Below the pieces are notes generated by a model that worked only from the letters and a program-made list of their open reading frames with translations, had not been told where the DNA came from and made no database searches. This document shows positions 1 to 6,280 of a DNA stretch of 8,455 nucleotides, piece after piece. The position numbers were made by a program, and so were the translations under genes. Each line of letters opens with the position of its first letter. Within the stretch, counting starts at the first letter, position 1. This DNA comes from Octopus sinensis (Eukaryota): positions 1-8,455 of the forward strand of contig NW_021828322.1 in NCBI RefSeq assembly GCF_006345805.1, read 5' to 3'.

Positions 1-19
1 AGATATATATCAATATATT

Positions 20-235
20 ATATAAATTACAAACTGAAACACAAAGAGAAAACAGAAACACGCGAGGGCGTGGAACAAGAATAGTGTTATTGGACGCTCA
101 GGAAAGGAAAGAAAGAAGGAGGATTCAACGTTTCGAGCAGAGCTCTTCGTCAGAAACATAGGAAAAGGAAAGATCCAAGGAAGGGAAGACGGAGGAAAAA
201 AATCGCCAACGGTACACATGCGGTCACATTTTGAA
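20..235 (-). mobile_element. Putative Penelope-like (PLE) pseudo-LTR or non-autonomous fragment carrying a hammerhead motif; boundaries approximate
   Basis: Contains the hammerhead core at 123-157 and lies between TA-rich and (TACA)n simple sequence. It shares the motif order GGAACAA...ACGCTC(A/G)GGA...TCGAGC with 1812-1910. The PLE assignment is inferred from the known association of minimal hammerheads with PLEs; no RT or GIY-YIG coding sequence is seen. Confidence 0.4.
123..157 (-). ncRNA. Minimal type I hammerhead ribozyme motif
   Basis: Minus strand reads GUUU-CUGACGA-A-GAGC-UCU-GCUC-GAAAC-GUU^-GAAU. This gives the CUGANGA core, a 4-bp stem II, GAAA, a palindromic AC/GU helix III, an NUH site (GUU) and a 4-bp stem I (GUUU/GAAU, two G-U wobbles). 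Confidence 0.55.
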
Positions 236-255
236 TGACCGGAAGGGATTGGGTG

Positions 256-326
256 ATACATGCATACACACACACATACATATACATATACATACATACA
301 TACATATATATACATATACATATACG
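256..326. repeat. (CA)/(TACA)n microsatellite
   Basis: Directly visible tandem TACA/CA units. Confidence 0.9.
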
Positions 327-328
327 TA

Positions 329-352
329 TTGTGTCATCCCATAAATAATGCG
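329..352. repeat. Mariner terminal inverted repeat (one end only) next to a TA target site
   Basis: Lies about 50 bp beyond the transposase stop codon (404-406), follows a TA, and resembles the general mariner TIR pattern. Its partner is absent, so it cannot be confirmed internally. Confidence 0.6.
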
Positions 353-403
353 TTCTTTTGTACTTCTCTTACTTTTCAAAATTAAGATAAATAGAGTTCT
401 TTT

Positions 404-1024
404 TTAATCTAAAATATATTCTCTTTCATTTTCTACAATGTTCTTCCTTCCATCTGGTAGGCGTGCAAGGTCTACCAAATTTCACTGGTCCGTGACAAAA
501 GATACTCTTCCAGTACTGTTCTGACCTCGTCTACAGAATTCATGTTTTCCGTCCAAATGATTTTGAAGCCTGCGGAATAAATTATAATCAAATGTCCAGC
601 GAATATGGTGGGTGGGGTATTGTTTCCTATTAAAACGGCTCCAGCCTTTGGAATGTCAGTCTCACTGTATGTGACCGAGCATTATCCTGATGGAAGAACA
701 CCTTTCATCTTGAAACCAAAGATGGTAGTTTTTCTTCTAGCGCTGACTTAAGCCGCTCAAGCTGTTCGCAGTAGAGCTCCTTTGTGATCGTTTGGTTTGG
801 ATTTGAAAGTTCAAAGTGGACTAAAACTATCACATCCCAACAAACAGATAGCAACAACACCTTACATGAGTGAAGAGCTTCTTTAGCCTGAGGTGCTGGT
901 GTTTCTCCTTTCCCTACCCACTGTCTTCGGTACTTGACATTTTTATAGAGAACCCATTTTTCGTCACTAGTCACTATTCGGTCTCAAAAATATTCATTCG
1001 TGAGACGTGACAGCGAAGAAGAGT
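404..1024 (-). pseudogene. Mariner transposase catalytic-domain pseudogene
   Basis: Minus-strand translation: SRLTNEYF*DRIVTSDEKW (D1 at 963-965)...KVLLLSVCWD...SR*KVFFHQDNARSH (D2 at 684-686)...F**ETIPHPPYSLDI, frameshift, DYNLFRRLQNHLDGK (D3 at 587-589), frameshift, MNSVDEVRTVLEEYLLSRTSEIW*...LARLPDGRKNIVENEREYILD* (stop 404-406). Restoring the APS of the usual YSPDxAPSD motif gives D34D spacing. Several stops and frameshifts. Confidence 0.93.
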
Positions 1025-1315
1025 TTCTCTCAGATAAAAAAAGAAAAGAAAAAGAGCACGGCATTATGTCTTTCAACACCTTTAATGTAAAACACAGTTA
1101 TCTGAATTTAATGCAGATTCAATGGCGTATACCGAGTTTATATTCAGCCCGACAAGCTTTCAGCAATATCAGTGAAAGTCTTTACCGTTTTCATCAAGGC
1201 ATGTGACTATGTATACGTATATGTGACTGTATATACGTCAAGTATGTTACCTAGAGGGCTATTCTAATGCAATGAGTTGTTTTAAATGCGCACGCGTGTA
1301 TCTGTATTTACCACA

Positions 1316-1316
<1 letters not shown>

Positions 1317-1364
<48 letters not shown>

Positions 1365-1381
1365 TATATATATATATATAT
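1317..1381. repeat. Compound (CA)n-(TA)n microsatellite
   Basis: Directly visible. Confidence 0.95.
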
Positions 1382-1636
1382 GTCACAACCTGGGACCTTG
1401 AAGACTGCTTTAATGCAAGAAAATATACTAGTCCCTTAATATTTTATATTCAATATTTCATGTATTCAATAAGACAATCAATACTATCATTATACTTCTA
1501 TATATACTTTTTATACTATATATGCTATGTATTCTATATTCTTCATTAATATTATAAAGAATATAAATAAACATTAAAAACAGAGTTGAATTTCTTTGAA
1601 TAAAATATATCCCTCTATACACAATCATACAAACCT

Positions 1637-1639
<3 letters not shown>

Positions 1640-1727
<88 letters not shown>

Positions 1728-1784
1728 CATATATATATATATAAGATATATATATATATATTATATATATATATATATATATAT
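1640..1784. repeat. (TA)n microsatellite, interrupted
   Basis: Directly visible. Confidence 0.95.
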
Positions 1785-1811
1785 TTGAAATTTATAGAAA
1801 AAAAATACAAA

Positions 1812-1975
1812 GACAGGTGTAGGAACAAAGCAAGCAGTTGAGTTAGTTTAACGCTCGGGAAAAATGAGAAAGTCTCTTATGCATCGAGCCTTCACTGTTC
1901 ATTAAGAGGGAAGAAACAGGAGAAAGAAATTGGAGAGAGAGAAAAATGTGCAGGGTTCAACGGACAATGCAATAA
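1812..1975 (-). mobile_element. Possible decayed relative of the hammerhead-bearing repeat at 20-235
   Basis: GGAACAA...AGTT...ACGCTCGGGA...ATGCATCGAGC...CTGTTCATTAAG parallels GGAACAA...AGTGTT...ACGCTCAGGA...ACGTTTCGAGC...CTCTTCGTCAG. Similarity was judged by eye only. Confidence 0.3.
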
Positions 1976-2018
1976 GATGTATGATCTATCTCTTTTAACT
2001 TTTTTGCAATTTGAGAAA

Positions 2019-2048
2019 AAAGAAAGAAAGAAAGAAAGAAAGAAAGAA
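2019..2048. repeat. (AAAG)n microsatellite
   Basis: Directly visible. Confidence 0.9.
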
Positions 2049-2185
2049 GGTAAGAAAGATAGAAAGTGGAATTTCTTCACAGAAGGCAAAAGATCCGTTT
2101 CCGCCTTCTGTTTCTGCCATTGTATATGCAGCTTCTTGTCAGACTGCTATTTATATATGCATGCATCAGCATATGTATGTATTAA

Positions 2186-2233
2186 TGTGAGTGTGTGTGT
2201 GTGCGTGTGTGTGTGTGTGTGGTTGTGTGTGTA
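2186..2233. repeat. (GT)n microsatellite
   Basis: Directly visible; abuts the 5'-truncated SINE at 2234. Confidence 0.85.
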
Positions 2234-2734
2234 TGGCACCTTGGGCAAGTGTCTTCTATTGTAACCTGGGCTGACCAAAGCCTTGTGAATCGATTTGTTG
2301 AGGGAAACTGAAAAGAAGCCCGTCGGGTGTGTGTGTGTGTATGTATGCATGTATGTATATATGTTTGTATATATGTATGTATTATGTATGTATGTATGTA
2401 TGTATGTATGTATTTATCTATCTATCTGTGTGTGTCTTTATGTTTGTGTTTGTCTTCCACACTAGCGCTTGACAACCAGTGTTGGTGTGTTCACGTCTCC
2501 GTAACTTAGCGCTTCGTTAACAGAGATCGATAGAATAAGTACCAAACTTTAAGAAAAAAAAGAAAGTAGTAGAGTGGATTCGTTCGTCTAAAATTATTCA
2601 AAGCTGTGCCCCCGAATGGCAGCAATCTTATGATTTTAAATAAATAAAAGAAACAAGTAAAAGAATAAACGAATATACACAATGCGATGCTCCTGCATGG
2701 CCACAGTCAAATGGCTGAAACCTGTAAAAGAATA
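2234..2734 (+). mobile_element. SINE family A copy, lacking the tRNA head, with an internal GT/TATG microsatellite and a doubled 3' end
   Basis: Colinear with 8083-8420: TGGCACCTTGGGCAAGTGTCTTCTA..., GACCAAAGCCTTGT, GGAAACTGAAAAGAA, GCTTGACAACC, CGATAGAATAAGTAC, AAACAAGTAAAAGA. Confidence 0.85.
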
Positions 2735-2878
2735 TACATACATTCATACACCGGCTGATGCAGCGAATGCTGCGCATTATGAGCTATATGCAGATTATAA
2801 ATTGTGTGTGTGAGTGTGTGTTTCTGACGTCTACGTATGTGCGAATTTGTGTGTGCGGTGCATGCGTTGTTGCGTCTG

Positions 2879-2893
2879 TTGCGTATGTACGTC
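2879..2893. repeat. Target-site duplication, left copy (TTGCGTATGTACGTC)
   Basis: Identical 15-mer at 3662-3676; the two copies bracket the SINE multimer exactly. Confidence 0.9.
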
Positions 2894-3660
2894 CTATCTC
2901 TTTACTACCCACAAGGGGCTAAACACAGAGAGGACATACAAGGACAAAGGGATTAAGTCGATTACATCGACTCCAGTGTGTAACTGGTACATATTTAATC
3001 GACCCCGAAAGTCGACCTCGGCAGAATTTGAACTCAGAACGTAGCGGCAGACGAAATACCTATTTCTTTACTACCCACAAGGGGCTAAACACAAGAGGAC
3101 AAACAAGGACAGACAAAAGGATTAAGTCGATCATATCGACCCCAGTGCGATACTGGTACTTCATTTATCGATCCCGAAAGGATGAAAGGCGAAGTCGACC
3201 TCAGCAGAATTTGAACTCAGAACGTAGCAGCAGACGAAATACCTATTTCTTTACTACCCACAAGGGGCTAAACACAGAGAGGACAAACAAGGACAGACAA
3301 AGGGATTAAGTCGATTATATCGACCCAGTGCGAAACTGGTACTTTATTTATCGAGCCCGAAGGGATGAAAGGCAAAGTCGACCTCGGCAGAATTTGAACT
3401 CAGAACGTAGCGGCAGACGAAATACCTATTTCTTTACTACCCACAAGGGACTAAACACAGAGAGGACAAACAAGGACAGACAAACGGATTAAGTCGATTA
3501 TATCGACCCCAGTGCGAAACTGATACTTCATTTATCGGCTCCCGAAAGGATGAAAGGCAAAGTCGACCTCGGCAGAATTTGAACTCAGAACGTAACGGCA
3601 GACGAAATACTGCTACGCATTTCGCCCGGCGTGCTAACGTTTCTGCCAGCTCGCCGCCTT
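2894..3660 (-). mobile_element. SINE family B multimer: one tRNA-like 5' head plus four tandem body units
   Basis: Units at 2895-3060 (166 bp), 3061-3243 (183), 3244-3426 (183) and 3427-3610 (184), then a single head at 3611-3660. The head has an A-box-like TGGCAGAAACG (3638-3648, minus). A B-box-like GAGTTCAAATTC occurs in every unit (e.g. 3575-3586). Confidence 0.9.
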
Positions 3661-3661
3661 T

Positions 3662-3676
3662 TTGCGTATGTACGTC
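3662..3676. repeat. Target-site duplication, right copy (TTGCGTATGTACGTC)
   Basis: Identical to 2879-2893. Confidence 0.9.
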
Positions 3677-4061
3677 AATGAGCGTCTTTCTGGTGTATAT
3701 GTAAGTGTGAATATGTACTCACTTGTATGTGTGAGTGAGTCTGTATGCAAATGTAGACGATATCCTTATTTGTATGTCTGTCTAAGTATATTGAGGGCGT
3801 ATTTGTGCGCATACGTCTGCATATGGTTGTATTAATTCAAGCCTCATTTTCCTACCAGTCTACGTTCATCGTGTGGGAATGGAATGTCCAAGAATGCCGA
3901 CAATTCTAAGCGATTCCATACATCATCTAATTTATTAAACCTTATATTTTATTATGTTATATGTTATGATTACTTGCTTCCACTTGATAAAATTTTAAAA
4001 AAATAACTTTTCCTTTTTTCTCTCATAAAACGTAGGCAATATATTTGCCTTGTTTACGGCT

Positions 4062-4315
4062 GCGAAATGGAGAATGCTTAGCGCCATTTCGTACGTCTCA
4101 ACGTTCTGAGATCAAATTCCGGCAAGGTCGACTTTACCTTTCATTCTTTCTCAGTTCAAATTCCTCCGAGGTTGTCATTATCTTTCATCCTTTCAGGAAC
4201 CATGAATTAAGTACCATGAATTAAGTACACTGGGTACGATGCCATCGACTTAGCCCGCGTCCAGGATTGCCAGCCTTGTGCCAAAATTTGAAAGCATTAT
4301 TATTATTATTATTAT
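4062..4315 (+). mobile_element. SINE family B copy (degenerate, 5'-incomplete, internal duplications) with (ATT)n tail
   Basis: AATGCTTAGCG..CATTTCG..ACGTTCTGAG.TCAAATTCC..GGTCGACTTT.CCTTTCAT matches family B; ends GCCTTGTGCCAAAATTTGAAAGC followed by (ATT)n at 4296-4315. Confidence 0.8.
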
Positions 4316-4539
4316 AAGGCGGCGAGCTGGCAGAATTGTTAGTACGTTGGACGAAATGCTTAGCGGTATTTCGTCCATCCCTACGTTCAGATTTCAAATT
4401 CCTCCCAGGCTGACATTGCCTTTCATCTTTACGGAGTCGATCAAATAAGTTCCAGTCGAGTACTGAGGTCCATGTAATCGATTAGTTCCCTCCCACCAAA
4501 ATTTCAGGCCTTGTAGCTTTAGTAGAGAGAATTATTACT
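4316..4539 (+). mobile_element. SINE family B, near full-length monomer
   Basis: Starts AAGGCGGCGAGCTGGCAG (reverse complement of 3643-3660). Has an A-box-like TGGCAGAATTG (4328-4338), the head hairpin at 4349-4376 and a degenerate B box, and ends AAAATTTCAGGCCTTGT...AGTAGAGAGA-ATTATTACT. Confidence 0.85.
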
Positions 4540-4704
4540 AAGGCGGACGAAATGCCTCTAAGCATTTTCTCCGGCATACTAACGATTGGAGGTCGATAAA
4601 TTAAGCACCAGTGGAGTACTGGGGTCGATGTAATCGACCAGCCCTCCTCCCCTAAAATTTCAGGCATTGTGCATTCAGTAGAAAAGATTATTATTATTAT
4701 TATT
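4540..4704 (+). mobile_element. SINE family B rearranged copy: inverted head segment joined to a sense 3' half with (ATT)6 tail
   Basis: 4545-4587 matches the antisense head (compare plus-strand 3601-3642). 4591-4686 is the sense 3' region GGTCGATAAATTAAG...CTGGGGTCGATGTAATCGAC...AAAATTTCAGGC. (ATT)6 follows at 4687-4704. Confidence 0.8.
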
Positions 4705-5257
4705 GAGTGAGAGAGCAGTGCATGCCATCAAAGTGTCACTGGGGTAAAATATAAGAAGCCCAGTATACCCATCATGACTACCCGTCTGATAAGGGTACAC
4801 CAGGCACATGCATCACAACCATATGTGCGCGACATGATGATCTCATATCAAGATAAACAGCACATGACCTTGTAGGTGGGGCCCAGTTAGAATTTTCTTC
4901 TGGTCGAGTAACCCTTCCTGCTCAAAAGGTCCCTGAGTAAGGGTTGTTTAAGGATGTTGAACGAAACACCCATGTTTCCAGAGGTGAATTATTCAAACTC
5001 CAAAGAATCCCTCTCAACACATGGCTATGATACTCCCCCACTACTTCTGCCCGTGGTCAGTGATGCACATATCGCCAGCCACTAAGGGACATGCTCAACT
5101 GGTTAAGGTCAAGTAACTGACAAGCAAATCTGTGGTATTGAGCAGAATATTTGCTGTAGCCCATCTTTTATACCAAGACAAAACAATGTTCATGATAACA
5201 CTTCCCATCAGTTAAGATCAGAAGCCATGAGAATCACTGCCTGGCACTGCATCAGGG

Positions 5258-5258
<1 letters not shown>
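4705..5258 (-). mobile_element. Unclassified non-coding interspersed element (554 bp) bounded by (ATT)n tracts; probably a non-autonomous retroposon with an (AAT)n tail
   Basis: Complex non-coding block sharply delimited by (ATT)n on both sides, with no convincing ORF. It resembles a high-copy octopus repeat as I recall it (not verifiable here). Strand is inferred from the AAT tail. Confidence 0.45.
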
Positions 5259-5294
<36 letters not shown>

Positions 5295-5304
5295 TATTAT
5301 TGTT

Positions 5305-5367
<63 letters not shown>

Positions 5368-5393
5368 GATGTTGTAGTTGTTGTTGTTGTTAT
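5259..5393. repeat. Compound (ATT)n-(GTT)n microsatellite
   Basis: Directly visible. Confidence 0.95.
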
Positions 5394-5399
5394 TAATAT

Positions 5400-5587
5400 T
5401 ACGGTGGCGTGCAGGCCGAATTGTCACTGTTCCGGACAAAATGCAAAGCGGCATTTCTTCCGACTTCACGTTCTGAATTTAAATGTTGCTACTGTCGATA
5501 GAATAAATTCCTGTTGAGTGCTGTGGACGATGTAAAAGACTGACACCCACACACGAGATTGCTGGCCTTGTGCCAAAATTTGAAAGC
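5400..5587 (+). mobile_element. SINE family B, old degenerate copy with an internal deletion
   Basis: ACGGTGGCG..AAAATGC..AGCGGCATTTC..ACGTTCTGA.TT.AAAT..TCGATAGAATAA. Ends with the 23-mer GCCTTGTGCCAAAATTTGAAAGC (5565-5587), identical to 4273-4295. Confidence 0.75.
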
Positions 5588-5707
5588 AGCATATTTGTGT
5601 TGTCTGATAAAAGGACAGGTGTGGACGAGTCGAAAAAGCGGAAAGAGTAATCGTAAGAGCAACTGGATGCGCGCTGTTAAGAGGTCTGACGACATGAAAA
5701 CAGTGAA

Positions 5708-5868
5708 CGGAGAGAGAGAGGAGGGGAAAGAGAGAGAGATAGGAGGAGGGGAGACAAACAGAGCGAGGGGGAAGTGATAAAGAGAGAAAAGGAGAGGGGA
5801 GAGAGATAAAGAGGAATAGAGGGAAAAGAATCGAAGAGAGAGAAAAAGCGAAAGAGGAAACGAGGTAA
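5708..5868. repeat. Polypurine (GA-rich) low-complexity tract
   Basis: Almost exclusively G and A on the plus strand. Confidence 0.8.
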
Positions 5869-5994
5869 ATGGAAATTATTGGGAGGGGGTGGCACCAATA
5901 AAAAGTTTTATTTACTTTGAGCCAATGTTTTTGAAAATTGATATTCATTTTATCTGGCTATCTAATGTGTGTATATACCCATATACATAATGAA

Positions 5995-6100
5995 TATACA
6001 TACATACATACATATATACATACATACATACATACATACAAACATACATACATACATACATACATACATACATACATACATACATACGTACGTACGTACA

Positions 6101-6134
<34 letters not shown>

Positions 6135-6153
6135 CATGCATACATACATACAT
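5995..6153. repeat. (TACA)n microsatellite
   Basis: Directly visible; source of the overlapping spurious ORFs at 5938-6312. Confidence 0.95.
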
Positions 6154-6175
6154 ATGATAGATTGCTAGAGAGAGG

Positions 6176-6280
6176 TAGATAAATAGATAGATAGATAGAT
6201 AGATAGATTGAGAGGTAGAAAGATTGAAAAGTAAAATAAAAACAGAAAGTTTGATAGATAGATAGATAGATAGATAGATA
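6176..6280. repeat. (GATA)n tracts at 6176-6207 and a perfect (GATA)7 at 6253-6280
   Basis: Directly visible; (GATA)7 abuts the LINE 3' end. Confidence 0.9.

Larger units (their letters stand above)
329..1024 (-). mobile_element. Tc1/mariner (DD34D) DNA transposon relic, 5'-truncated
   Basis: Transposase remnant at 404-1024. A TIR-like end TTGTGTCATCCCATAAATAATGCG (329-352) abuts a TA dinucleotide (327-328). No matching second TIR was found in the window. Confidence 0.9.

Noticed and set aside
10-321. 103-aa minus-strand ORF
   Set aside because: Begins in a TACA/CA microsatellite, has low-complexity translation and no domain; it overlaps the hammerhead repeat
1045-1075. AAAGAGCACGGCATTATG as a possible second mariner TIR
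   Set aside because: Only GCATTAT matches the expected CGCATTATTTATGGGATGAC; too weak
1201-1238. Imperfect direct repeat ATGTGACT(A/G)T(G/A)TATACGT twice
   Set aside because: Short and in TA/TG-rich low-complexity context; consistent with local slippage
1000-1841. ORFs at 1000-1206, 1286-1549 and 1596-1841
   Set aside because: No recognisable motifs; the latter two are translations of CA/TA repeats
2079-2111. 9-bp inverted repeat ACAGAAGGC/GCCTTCTGT with a 15-nt loop
   Set aside because: An isolated short hairpin with no supporting context; expected occasionally by chance
2895-3610. CRISPR-like or satellite interpretation of the 183-bp array
   Set aside because: There are no unique spacers, the units are contiguous SINE bodies with a head and TSD, and the context is eukaryotic
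2895-3610. Hammerhead ribozyme within the tandem unit, as in newt or schistosome satellites
   Set aside because: I could not find a CUGANGA...GAAA core with closing stems on either strand; other ribozyme classes were not excluded
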